This document shows positions 12,094 through 25,942 of a DNA stretch of 64,000 bases, in pieces. The stretch is taken from positions 42,160,001 to 42,224,000 of the forward strand of contig NC_047019.1 in the NCBI RefSeq assembly GCF_902652985.1, written 5' to 3'. The stretch's first letter is position 1; each line of letters opens with the position of its first letter. A program made the translations under genes and the position numbers. The DNA is from Pecten maximus (lineage: Eukaryota). The notes beneath the pieces are model-generated. The model saw only the letters and a program-made list of their open reading frames with translations. It made no database searches and was not told the DNA's origin.

Positions 12094-15000
12094 TCACCAT
12101 ACTGTTCCTGGTAAACTTACCAAATCACCATACTGTTCCTGGTAAACTTACCAAATCACCATACTGTTCCTGGTAAACTTACCAAATCACCATACTGTTC
12201 CTGGTAAACTTACCAAATCACCATACTGTTCCTGGTAAACTTACCAAATCACCATACTGTTCCTAGGACTTACCAAATCACCATACTGTTCCTAGGACTT
12301 ACCAAATCACCATACTGTTCCTGGTAAACTTACCAAATCACCATACTGTTACTGGTAAACTTACCAAATCACCATACTGTTCTAGGACTTACCAAATCAC
12401 CATACTGTTCCTGGTAAACTTACCAAATCACCAAACTGTTCCTGGTAAACTTACCAAATCACCATACTGTTCCTAGGACTTACCAAATCACCATACTGTT
12501 CCTGGTAAACTTACCAAATCACCAAACTGTTCCTGGTAAACTTACCAAATCACCATACTGTTCCTGGTAAACTTACCAAATCACCATACTGTTCCTGGTA
12601 AACTTACCAAATCACCATACTGTTCCTGGGACTTACCAAATCACCATACTGTTCCTGGTAAACTCACCAAACTGTTCCTGGTAAACTTACCAAATCACCA
12701 TACTGTTCCTGGGACTTACCAAATCACCATACTGTTCCTGGGACTTACCAAATCACCATACTGTTCCTGGGACTTACCAAATCACCATACTGTTCCTGGT
12801 AAACTTACCAAATCACCATACTGTTCCTGGTAAACTTACCAAATCACCATACTGTTCCTGGTAAACTTACTAAATCACCATACTGTTCCTGGTAAACTTA
12901 CCAAATCACCAAACTGTTCCTAGGACTTACCAAATCACCATACTGTTCCTGGTAATCTTACCAAATCACCATACTGTTCCTAGGACTTACCAAATCACCA
13001 TACTGTTCCTGGTAAACTTACCAAATCACCATACTGTTCCTAGGACTTACCAAATCACCATACTGTTCCTAGGACTTACCAAATCACCATACTGTTCCTA
13101 GGACTTACCAAATCACCATACTGTTCCTGGTAAACTTACCAAATCACCATACTGTTCCTGGTAAACTTACCAAATCACCATACTGTTCCTGGGACTTACC
13201 AAATCACCATACTGTTCCTGGTAAACTCACCAAACTGTTCCTGGTAAACTTACCAAATCACCATACTGTTCCTAGGACTTACCAAATCACCATACTGTTC
13301 CTGGTAAACTTACCAAATCACAAAACTGTTCCTGGTAAACTTACCAAATCACCATACTGTTCCTGGTAAACTTACCAAATCACCATACTGTTCCTGGTAA
13401 ACTTACCAAATCACCATACTGTTCCTGGTAAACTTACCAAATCACCATACTGTTCCTGGTAAACTTACCAAATCACCATACTGTTCCTGGGACTTACCAA
13501 ATCACCATACTGTTCCTGGTAAACTCACCAAACTGTTCCTGGTAAACTTACCAAATCACCATACTGTTCCTGGGACTTACCAAATCACCATACTGTTCCT
13601 GGGACTTACCAAATCACCATACTGTTCCTGGGACTTACCAAATCACCATACTGTTCCTGGTAAACTTACCAAATCACCATACTGTTCCTGGTAAACTTAC
13701 CAAATCACCATACTGTTCCTGGTAAACTTACTAAATCACCATACTGTTCCTGGTAAACTTACCAAATCACCAAACTGTTCCTAGGACTTACCAAATCACC
13801 ATACTGTTCCTGGTAATCTTACCAAATCACCATACTGTTCCTAGGACTTACCAAATCACCATACTGTTCCTAGGACTTACCAAATCACCATAATGTTCCT
13901 GGTAAACTTACCAAATCACCATACTGTTCCTGGTAAACTTACCAAATCACCAAACTGTTCCTGGTAAACTTACCAAATCACCATACTGTTCCTGGGACTT
14001 ACCAAATCACCATACTGTTCCTGGTAAACTTACCAAATCACCATACTGTTCCTAGGACTTACCAAATCACCAAACTGTTCCTAGGACTTACAAAATCACC
14101 ATACTGTTCCTGGTAAACTTACCAAATCACCATACTGTTCCTGGTAAACTTACCAAATCACCATACTGTTCCTGGTAAACTTACCAAATCACCAAACTGT
14201 TCCTGGTAAACTTACCAAATCACCATACTGTTCCTGGTAAACTTACCAAATCACCATACTGTTCCTGGTAAACTTACCAAATCACCATACTGTTCCTGGT
14301 AACTTACCAAATCACCATACTGTTCCTGGTAAACTTACCAAATCACCATACTGTTCCTGGTAAACTTACCAAATCACCATACTGTTCCTGGGACTTACCA
14401 AATCACCATACTGTTCCTGGTAAACTCACCAAACTGTTCCTGGTAAACTTACCAAATCACCATACTGTTCCTGGTAAACTCACCAAACTGTTCCTGGTAA
14501 ACTTACCAAATCACCATACTGTTCCTGGGACTTACCAAATCACCATACTGTTCCTGGGACTTACCAAATCACCATACTGTTCCTGGTAAACTTACCAAAT
14601 CACCATACTGTTCCTGGTAAACTTACCAAATCACCATACTGTTCCTGGTAAACCTGGTAAACTTACCAAATCACCATACTGTTCCTGGTAAACTTACCAA
14701 ATCACCAAACTGTTCCTGGTAAACTTACCAAATCACCAAACTGTTCCATGGTAAAATTACCAAATCACCATACTGTTCCTAGGACTTACCAAATCACCAT
14801 ACTGTTCCTGGTAAACTTACCAAATCACCAAACTGTTCCTGGGACTTACCAAATCACCATACTGTTCCTGGTAAACTCACCAAACTGTTCCTGGTAAACT
14901 TACCAAATCACCATACTGTTCCTAGGACTTACCAAATCACCAAACTGTTCCTAGGACTTACCAAATCACCATACTGTTCCTGGTAAACTTACCAAATCAC

Positions 15001-15157
15001 CATACTGTTCCTGGTAAACTTACCAAATCACCATACTGTTCCTGGTAAACTTACCAAATCACCATACTGTTCCTAGGACTTACCAAATCACCATACTGTT
15101 CCTGGGACTTACCAAATCACCATACTGTTCCTGGTAAACTTACCAAATCACCATATT
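12094..15157. repeat. 31/29-bp minisatellite (~100 copies)
   Basis: Unit tcaccatactgttcctggtaaacttaccaaa, with taggac/tgggac 29-bp variants. Confidence 0.97.
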
Positions 15158-16330
15158 GTAGAGGAATGTTTCTGAGGTTGTTACCGAAATATGTATGCAG
15201 CATGTTTATCAAAATGAACATGTCACATTTAGCGTCAATCAAGTTGTCTTGAAGAAGCATGTACTTATGATGGGCTTCCTGAAAAATTCGCTGCAATCAT
15301 TTATCTTGTCTAGAAAGAATTTTTTGAAGAAAACATATATAGGGAGAGAATATATATATGATATATCTAAAACGTAAATCATTTCCATATGTATAGGGTC
15401 ACATCTGCTCTTGTATGAGAGGTCAGGGCTGTGTACAAATGCTTTTAAGTTTTTGTGATGTTGATCAATTATTAGATGTCGCCATGACAACTTAATGGAA
15501 GTGTTGTTTACACTTGTGATGAAGATGGTGTATTAAGACATTGTGATACTCCTTAGCATCCCGAGGAATTACCTAGGAATTCCATGCACGTCTCATTACC
15601 AGAGTGCTGGCAGCCAGTCTCCCACAATTGATGTCCCATTGTACAATGCCTTTAAAGCTATATCAGGAATGTAATTACCAAAGAAGCTTCATTATCAACT
15701 CATTAGTAAATATCATTGTACATAAGACATTGTTCTCAAATTAGCATATACAGCTTTAGAATTTTAAGTAATTTATCAATTATACTTTTATTCTATAATG
15801 CAAATGTGTAAATCACTCTGTGTGTATGATAAAAAAACAACTTTTAAAACCACTTTAGGATGTTTGCTTTCATATGCTGGCCACAAGACATATGGTACAT
15901 GTTAACAGAGAAACAAATCTCAGTTGCTAGATCATCTACCCCAAACTTTATCTGTAGAAATCCATCTTCATTTGTAAAAAAATGTGAAGAATTTTTTCCC
16001 TACAGACTTTAATTTAAAGTTATATGGAGTCTATAGATGTACTGTGTCAATGGTATGTATATGAATGTCTATTTATGGTTTGTGATTTATGGGTATATGA
16101 TGTTAAAAGGCAGAACTACAATATTTATTGGATGAAGTGTGACTAACACTAAGTCTAAGTGTGTTCTCCCCATCAATCGTGACACAGCATAATTTTACTA
16201 TCAAGGTAAAGCATTTTGATGGCCCTTTCCTAAATTATTGGTGTATATATTTAAATATTGTTACACTGTGCTACCAATTACAATGATAGAAATTAAAATG
16301 CCATCATTGGTAGTTGATGAAGTGCAGATG

Positions 16331-16823
16331 TGTTATACTGCCACCATTTGTCCAACTTAGTGTCATAATGAGGCTGAAATCTTGTTATACTGCCACCATT
16401 TGTCCAACTTAGTGTCATAATGAGGCTGAAATCTTGTTATACTGCCACTATTTGTCCAACTCAGTGTCATAATGAGGCTGAAATCTTGTTATACTGCCAC
16501 CATTTGTCCAACTCAGTGTCATATTGAGGCTGAAATCTTGTTATACTGCCACCATTTGTCCAACTTAGTGTCATATTGAGGCTAAAATCTTGTTATACTG
16601 CCACCATTTGTCCAACTCAGTGTCATATTGAGGCTGAAATCTTGTTATACTGCCACCATTTGTCCAACTTAGTGTCATATTGAGGCTCAAATCTTGTTAT
16701 ACTGCCACCATTTGTCCAACATGGTGTCATATTGAGGCTAAAATCTTGTTATACTGCCACCATTTGTCCCAACAGAGTGTCATATTGAGGCTGAAATCTT
16801 GTTATACTGCCACCATTTGTCCA
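16331..16823. repeat. 52-bp minisatellite (~9.5 copies)
   Basis: Unit tgttatactgccaccatttgtccaact(t/c)agtgtcata(a/t)tgaggctgaaatct. Confidence 0.95.
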
Positions 16824-16929
16824 CATTGTGATTACTTGGTTATGAAGTAGTTTGGGGGGTCGTTATTACTTACTAGATTCTGAAGAAACATACATCTGTA
16901 CAGGGATTTATATAGTCCTTCATCTGTCC

Positions 16930-17304
16930 AACAGTTTTAATTAGGTCTACATATATATACCAGGTAAAGTTTTAATTAGGTATACATATATACCAGGTAA
17001 AGTTTTAATTAGGTCTACATATATATACCAGGTAAACAGTTTTAATTAGGTCTACATATATATACCAGGTAAACAGTTTTAATTAGGTCTACGTATATAC
17101 CAGGTAAACAGTTTTAATTAGGTCTACATATATATACCAGGTAAACAGTTTTAATTAGGTCTACATATATATACCAGGTAAACAGTTTTAATTAGGTCTA
17201 CGTATATGTACCAGGTAAACAGTTTTAATTAGGTCTACGTATATACCAGGTAAAGTTTTAATTAGGTCTACGTATATACCAGGTAAAGTTTTAATTAGGT
17301 CTAC
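16930..17304. repeat. ~33-39-bp minisatellite (~10 copies)
   Basis: Unit acagttttaattaggtctac(at)nataccaggtaa. Confidence 0.93.
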
Positions 17305-17801
17305 CTTATCAGATGATTAGTCAGATAAGGTAGGTGTGGCAGTCTAGAGACTTTAGCCCCAGACATTGAGGAATGTATATGGGCATACAACCTGATGCTG
17401 TTTCTCAAATACTGAGCATGATTGTGTATTGTAGTGCACCCTGATCACAGGGAGGAAATGTTAACACTGCTAGGAAGAAAGGGAGCTGGGTGGATAATGA
17501 TTTTGTAACTGTTGGTTATCTTTATTCACAAACCTTGGTTTATACTCGTACTGTGGTATCTGATCGGACATTCCACTACTTGTGGAATGCTGGGTACGTA
17601 GGAGTTCTCTAACTCGGAAATATTTGTGGAGGAATTTTTATTATTGTAACACAGTACAGCCAGGTAGGTCCAGTATACCTGGGAGGCTTGTGTCTCAGAG
17701 AAGCTTTTTCAGGAATATTCAAGGTACATTGGGATTTATTTTACAAAGAAGACACATTTCTGATATTGACTGGAAGCAGGGATGTGATGCCTGGATTTAT
17801 G

Positions 17802-17880
17802 ACAGAAACACACCTGATGAATTCAGAGGACGAAATATTTAGTTGTAGATAAAATCAGAGATAAACTAGTGTGTTTATGT
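17802..17880 (+). ncRNA. Degenerate type I hammerhead-ribozyme-like motif (intronic, sense)
   Basis: Stem I ACAGAAACACAC (17802-13) pairs with GTGTGTTTATGT (17869-80). Core CTGATGA (17814-20), stem II ATTC-AGA-GGAC, GAAA (17832-35), and UH=TA (17867-68) directly before the stem I 3' strand. Stem III pairs poorly. Confidence 0.35.
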
Positions 17881-19257
17881 AGGAAATATATTTTAGATGG
17901 AAACATGTGTTACAAAGAATTTGTTTTACAAATGGATTAACTGTGTGAACTGCATCTTTATACTGTCATACATTGACAGGAGATATATATGGGGATTATT
18001 TCGGATAACAACATCACTAGTAAGGTTCAGTGAACGGAATTCCTGAATAGTTGTTATGGAAACATGGAATTGAGGCCCAGAAACAGATGTTAGTGTTGAC
18101 GTAGTTGGAGAGAATTGCTTTAAGAATGTATCAAAAAGATTTGGCTAGCTTGTCCAACAGCAGATGGTCGGGACAAAAACCTTGGCCAGTGTTGACTCGG
18201 TCAAGGAGGAAGCATTGTAGAGGTAGATCTGGCCTGAGTATCAGGAAGGCCAGTGGTCAGATCATCAGTGTAAGTTCTTCAAGCTACACATACATAATTA
18301 TGTACTTACCTCGGTATTGAAGATATTGACATATTATTACTAAATATTGACGATACACATTGATAGCTACTGTGTATAGTGTATCATACATCCATATTAA
18401 ACATACAGGATCTGTTTAGGAAAGGTGTTTATATGGGAAAGGTTTAAAGAAATTGATTTAGACAGATGTAATTGTATAATTTATATCTTTACATTAATTA
18501 GATATAGTATACAGACATATTAGCAAGAAATTGTGTACCAGGTAGATGTTGTAAAATTTCCAAATTATCTACATGTATAAAAATTCACATCCGAAAATTT
18601 CAAGAACTTCTAATTACAAGATGGAGCCTTATAAATTAATAAGTGCATTTTAAAACTGATAAGGTTTTTAACAAGTACTAGGGATGAAAGTGAAAATAAG
18701 AAATTAGTCTAATATTATAATCACATTATATTACAGGTTTTGATTATTGGTACCAATCATGGGATGGCCTTTCTTAATTTTGTTGGAGACAGTTTATATC
18801 TGGAATAAATTATTTATTTCTGAGGTTGCCCTTTATTGCTAGGTATAATTATTTTACTATGTTTATATGTCTAGAGCACATATTTTATACTTACGATACA
18901 TCATAAATCCCTTACAGAACTAATGTGTTGGCTCCAGTCCTAAAAATAGACATGGACCGACATACCACATAGTGTTACTACAAAATTCATAATAATGTAT
19001 TAATATATTTATCATATTCCTTTTTGGAAAAAAGTGTGTCTATGCTTTGAAATGATCATGAATCAAATATTTGTATCAGCTATAGAACATACAGCTCAGA
19101 CTCAGCATGGAATTCTGGGAATTGTTTTCCAGATTTGATTTTGTGTATAGACAAAAAAAAGTAGTGATTAGTTTAAATGTGTTCCAACTGGGTCTTGAAA
19201 AATGAATTTAAAAAATGGAAGTCAAAGATTAAGGCGGGTAGTTATGTTAGCAGGACG

Positions 19258-20428
19258 GCAGCTGATATTGTGTGTGGGGAGTATGGTAATTTATATAGAT
19301 AGGAGGGCTGGTGAGATTGTGTGTGGGCCCGGGGAGTGGGGTAATTTATATAGATAGGAGGGGCAGGTGAGATTGTGTGTGGGGAGTGTGTTAATTTATA
19401 TAGATAGGAGGGCAGGTGAGATTGTGTGTGGGGAGTGGGGTAATTTATATAGATAGGAGGGGCAGCTGATATTGTGTGTGGGGAGTGGGGTAATTTATAT
19501 AGATAGGAGGGGCAGGTGAGATTGTGTGTGGGGAGTGTGGTAATTTATATAGATAGGAGGGGCAGTTGAGATTGTGTGTGGGGAGTGGGGTAATTTATAT
19601 AGATAGGAGGGGCAGGTGAGATTGTGTGTGGGGAGTGGAGTAATTCATATAGATAGGAGGGCAGGTGAGATTGTGTGTGGGGAGTGGGGTAATTTATATA
19701 GATAGGAGGGGCAGCTGATATTGTGTGTGGGGAGTGGGGTAATTTATATAGATAGGAGGGGCAGGTGAGATTGTGTGTGGGGAGTGGGGTAATTTATATA
19801 GATAGGAGGGGCAGCTGATATTGTGTGTGGGGAGTGGGGTAATTTATATAGATAGGAGGGCAGGTGAGATTGTGTGTGGGGAGTGTGGTAATTTGTATAG
19901 ATAGGAGGGCAGGTGAGATTGTGTGTGGGGAGTGTGGTAATTTATAAAGATAGGAGGGCAGGTGAGATTGTGTGTGGGGAGTGTGGTAATTTATATAGAT
20001 AGGAGGGGCAGGTGAGATTGTGTGTGGGGAGTGGGGTTATTTATATAGATAGGAGGGACAGGTGAGATTGTGTGTGGGGAGTGGGGTAATTTATATAGAT
20101 AGGAGGGGCAGGTGAGATTGTGTGTGGGGAGTGGGGTAATTTGTATAGATAGGAGGGCAGGTGAGATTGTGTGTGGGGAGTGTTGTAATTTATATAGATA
20201 GGAGGGGCAGGTGAGATTGTGTGTGGGGAGTGTGGTAATTTATATAGATAGGAGGGGCAGGCCGTGAGATTGTGTGTGGGGAGTGTGGTAATTTATATAG
20301 ATAGGAGGGGCAGGTGAGATTGTGTGTGGGGAGTGGGGTAATTTATATTGATAGGAGGGGCAGGCCGTGAGATTGTGTGTGGGGAGTGTGGTAATTTATA
20401 TAGATAGGAGGGGCAGGCCGTGAGATTG
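19258..20428. repeat. 50-bp G-rich minisatellite (~23 copies)
   Basis: Unit gcaggtgagattgtgtgtggggagtg(g/t)ggtaatttatatagataggaggg. Confidence 0.96.
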
Positions 20429-20930
20429 TCTGGAGGCATAGTAGATTATATAAATATGAAATTCAGCAGGGATGGTATGTGGGGAGCTTGGTAGGTTATA
20501 GAGCCACATTATTTCTGAAACAGGATATTTTCGAACTATAAAAATATGTAGTGTTGCGGTGTGAGGATTGTGGACTGAATAAACAAACACTACCTGTACA
20601 TCTCACATGTGCCTCTGATAAAGATGTTGCTAGGGCTTGAATTAGCATCTCACCTGTCATGGTAGTGTCAGTATTCTACCAACACTTGTTTACAGACAAG
20701 GATTTCCACAGGAGCATTATTACTGACGGAAACTTGACCCACAACTCGTTATAATAAGGTGACACGGCAAACTAGACTATCAAACCACAGGACTGTAACT
20801 GTGACACCAGGTGTTATTTTCTCACCTGTGGTCAAACTGTGTATTACCTGTGAATACCTGACTGAATGCAATCCATCAAACCTACATTCCAGTGTCTCGG
20901 GTGGAGTCAGCATGTTGTAATGAGTACTTA

Positions 20931-21072
20931 TGATGGGTGTAGAGATGTTGTCATGATTAGAATGATTATTATGTAATATGATTACTTCATCCTGTGATGG
21001 GTGTAGAGATGTTGTCATGATTATAATGATTATTATGTAATATGATTACTTCGTCCTGTGATGGGTGTAGAA
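20931..21072. repeat. 64-bp direct duplication (2.2 copies)
   Basis: tgatgggtgtaga recurs at 20931, 20995 and 21059. Confidence 0.85.
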
Positions 21073-21106
21073 ATGTGGACCTGTGTTATGAGAACTTGCT
21101 CCAAAG

Positions 21107-24100
21107 TGACCTTTATGGACATTAGAGAGAGATATAATGCTGACCTTGTGGACTATAGAGAGAGATATAATGCTGACCTTGTGGACTATAGAGAGAGATA
21201 TAATGCTGACCTTGTGGACTATAGAGAGAGATATAATGCTGACCTTGTGGACTATAGAGAGATATAATGCTGACCTTGTGGACTATAGAGAGATATAATG
21301 CTGACCTTGTGGACTATAGAGAGAGATATAATGCTGACCTTGTGGACTATAGAGAGAGATATAATGCTGACCTTGTGGACTATAGAGAGAGATATAATGC
21401 TGACTTTGTGGACTATAGAGAGATGTATAATGCTGACCTTGTGGACTATAGAGAGAGATATAATGCTGACCTTGTGGACTATAGAGAGATATAATGCTGA
21501 CCTTGTGGACTATAGAGAGATATAATGCTGACCTTGTGGACTATAGAGAGAGATATAATGCTGACCTTGTGGACTATAGAGAGATATAATGCTGACCTTG
21601 TGGACTATAGAGAGAGATATAATGCTGACCTTGTGGACTATAGAGAGAGATATAATGCTGACCTTGTGGACTATAGAGAGATATAATGCTGACCTTGTGG
21701 ACTATAGAGAGATATAATGCTGACCTTGTGGACTATAGAGAGATATAATGCTGACCTTGTGGACTATAGAGAGATATAATGCTGACCTTGTGGACTACAG
21801 AGAGATATAATGCTGACCTTGTGGACTATAGAGAGAGGTATAATGCTGACCTTGTGGACTATAGAGAGAGATATAATGCTGACCTTGTGGACTATAGAGA
21901 GATATAATGCTGACCTTTATGGACAATAGAGAGAGATATAATGCTGACCTTGTGGACTATAGAGAGAGATATAATGCTGACCTTGTGGACTATAGAGAGA
22001 GGTATAATGCTGACTTTGTGGACTATAGAGAGAGATAAAATGCTGACCTTGTGGACTATAGAGAGATATAATGCTGACCTTGTGGACTATAGAGAGAGAT
22101 ATAATGCTGACCTTGTGGACTATAGAGAGAGGTATAATGCTGACCTTGTGGACTATAGAGAGAGATATAATGCTGACCTTTATGGACAATAGAGAGAGAT
22201 ATAATGCTGACCTTGTGGACTATAGAGAGAGATATAATGCTGACCTTGTGGACTATAGAGAGAGATATAATGCTGACCTTTATGGACAATAGAGAGAGAT
22301 ATAATGCTGACCTTGTGGACTATAGAGAGAGATATAATGCTGACCTTGTGGACTATAGAGAGAGGTATAATGCTGACCTTGTGGACTATAGAGAGATATA
22401 ATGCTGACCTTGTGGACTATAGAGAGATATAATGCTGACCTTTTGGACTATAGAGAGATATAATGCTGACCTTGTGGACTATAGAGAGAGATATAATGCT
22501 GACCTTGTGGACTATAGAGAGATATAATGCTGACCTTGTGGACTATAGAGAGAGATATAATGCTGACCTTGTGGACTATAGAGAGAGATATAATGCTGAC
22601 CTTGTGGACTATAGAGAGATATAATGCTGACCTTGTGGACTATAGAGAGATATAATGCTGACCTTGTGGACTATAGAGAGAGATATAATGCTGACCTTGT
22701 GGACTATAGAGAGAGATATAATGCTGACCTTGTGGACTATAGAGAGATATAATGCTGACCTTGTGGACTATAGAGAGATATAATGCTGACCTTGTGGACT
22801 ATAGAGATATAATGCTGACCTTGTGGACTATAGAGAGAGATATAATGCTGACCTTGTGGACTATAGAGAGGTATAATGCTGACCTTGTGGACTATAGAGA
22901 GAGATATAATGCTGACCTTGTGGACTATAGAGATATAATGCTGACCTTGTGGACTATAGAGAGATATAATGCTGACCTTGTGGACTATAGAGAGAGATAT
23001 AATGCTGACCTTGTGGACTATAGAGAGAGATAAAATGCTGACCTTGTGGACTATAGAGAGAGATATAATGCTGACCTTGTGGACTATAGAGAGAGGTATA
23101 ATGCTGACCTTGTGGACTATAGAGAGAGATATAATGCTGACCTTGTGGACTATAGAGAGATATAATGCTGACCTTGTGGACTATAGAGAGAGATATAATG
23201 CTGACCTTGTGGACTATAGAGAGAGATATAATGCTGACCTTGTGGACTATAGAGAGAGATATAATGCTGACCTTGTGGACTATAGAGAGAGATATAATGC
23301 TGACCTTGTGGACTATAGAGAGAGATATAATGCTGACCTTGTGGACTATAGAGAGAGATATAATGCTGACCTTGTGGACTATAGAGAGGTATAATGCTGA
23401 CCTTGTGGACTATAGAGAGAGATATAATGCTGACCTTGTGGACTATAGAGAGAGATATAATACTGACCTTGTGGACTATAGAGAGATATAATGCTGACCT
23501 TGTGGACTATAGAGAAAGGTATAATGCTGACCTTGTGGACTATAGAGAGAGATATAATGCTGACCTTGTGGACTATAGAGAGATATAATGCTGACCTTGT
23601 GGACTATAGAGAGATATAATGCTGACCTTTTGGACTATAGAGAGAGGTATAATGCTGACCTTGTGGACTATAGAGATATAATGCTGACCTTGTGGACTAT
23701 AGAGAGAGATATAATGCTGACCTTGTGGACTATAGAGAGAGATATAATGCTGACCTTGTGGACTATAGAGAGAGATATAATGCTGACCTTGTGGACTATA
23801 GAGAGAGGTATAATGCTGACCTTGTGGACTATAGAGAGAGATATAATGCTGACCTTGTGGACTATAGAGAGATATAATGCTGACCTTTTGGACTATAGAG
23901 AGATATATAATGCTGACCTTGTGGACTATAGAGAGATATAATGCTGACCTTTTGGACTATAGAGAGATATAATGCTGACCTTGTGGACTATAGAGATATA
24001 ATGCTGACCTTGTGGACTATAGAGAGAGGTATAATGCTGACCTTGTGGACTATAGAGATATAATGCTGACCTTGTGGACTATAGAGATATAATGCTGACC

Positions 24101-25942
24101 TTGTGGACTATAGAGAGATATAATGCTGACCTTGTGGACTATAGAGATATAATGCTGACCATGTGGACTATAGAGAGAGATATAATGCTGACCTTGTGGA
24201 CTATAGAGAGATATAATGCTGACCTTGTGGACTATAGAGAGAGATATAATGCTGACCTTGTGGACTATACAGATATAATTCTGACCTTGTGGACTATAGA
24301 GAGATATAATGCTGACCTTGTGGACTATAGAGAGATATAATGCTGACCTTGTGGACTATAGAGAGATATAATGCTGACCTTGTGGACTATAGAGAGAGGT
24401 ATAATGCTGACCTTGTGGACTATAGAGAGATATAATGCTGACCTTGTGGACTATAGAGATATAATGCTGACCTTGTGGACTATAGAGAGAGATATAATGC
24501 TGACCTTGTGGACTATAGAGAGGTATAATGCTGACCTTGTGGACTATAGAGAGATATAATGCTGACTTTGTGGACTATAGAGAGAGATAAAATGCTGACC
24601 TTGTGGGCTATAGAGAGATATAATGCTGACCTTGTGGACTATAGAGAGAGATATAATGCTGACCTTGTGGACTATAGAGATATAATGCTGACCTTGTGGA
24701 CTATAGAGAGAGATATAATGCTGACCTTGTGGACTATAGAGAGAGATATAATGCTGACCTTGTGGACTATAGAGAGATATAATGCTGACCTTGTGGACTA
24801 TAGAGAGATATAATGCTGACCTTGTGGACTATAGAGAGAGATATAATGCTGACCTTGTGGACTATAGAGAGATATAATGCTGACCTTGTGGACTATAGAG
24901 AGATATATAATGCTGACCTTGTGGACTATAGAGAGATATATAATGCTGACCTTGTGGACTATAGAGAGAGATATGATGCTGACCTTGTGGACTATAGAGA
25001 GATATAATGCTGACCTTTTGGACTATAGAGAGAGATATAATGCTGACCTTGTGGACTATAGAGAGGTATAATGCTGACCTTGTGGACTATAGAGAGAGAT
25101 ATAATGCTGACCTTGTGGACTATAGAGATATAATGCTGACCTTGTGGACTATAGAGATATAATGCTGACCTTGTGGACTATAGAGAGATATATAATGCTG
25201 ACCTTGTGGACTATAGAGAGAGGTATAATGCTGACCTTGTGGACTATAGAGAGATATAATGCTGACCTTGTGGACTATAGAGAGATATATAATGCTGACC
25301 TTGTGGACTATAGAGAGATATAATGCTGACCTTTTGGACTATAGAGAGATATAATGCTGACCTTTTGGACTATAGAGAGATATAATGCTGACCTTGTGGA
25401 CTATAGAGAGATATATAATGCTGACCTTGTGGACTATAGAGAGATATATAATGCTGACCTTGTGGACTATAGAGAAAGGTATAATGCTGACCTTGTGGAC
25501 TATAAAGATATAATGCTGACCTTGTGGACTATAGAGAGATATAATGCTGACCTTGTGGACTATAGAGAGATATAATGCTGACCTTGTGGACTATAGAGAG
25601 AGGTATAATGCTGACCTTGTGGACTATAGAGAGAGATATAATGCTGACCTTGTGGACTATAGAGAGATATAATGCTGACCTTGTGGACTATAGAGAGATG
25701 TATAATGCTGACCTTGTGGACTATAGAGAGAGATATAATGCTGACCTTGTGGACTATAGAGAGAGATATAATGCTGACCTTGTGGACTATAGAGAGATAT
25801 AATGCTGACCTTGTGGACTATAGAGAGATGTATAATGCTGACCTTGTGGACTATAGAGAGAGAAATAATGCTGACCTTGTGGACTATAGAGAGATATAAT
25901 GCTGACCTTGTGGACTATAGAGAGATATAATGCTGACCTTGT
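21107..25942. repeat. 29/31/33-bp minisatellite, 4.8 kb (~150 copies)
   Basis: Unit tataatgctgaccttgtggactat(ag)n-a. Length varies through the internal AG dinucleotide; explains the MLTLWTIER/YNADLVDYRE ORFs. Confidence 0.97.

Noticed and set aside
21058-25899. Many MLTLWTIER/YNADLVDYRE ORFs
   Set aside because: Satellite translation with constant frameshifts caused by AG-number variation.
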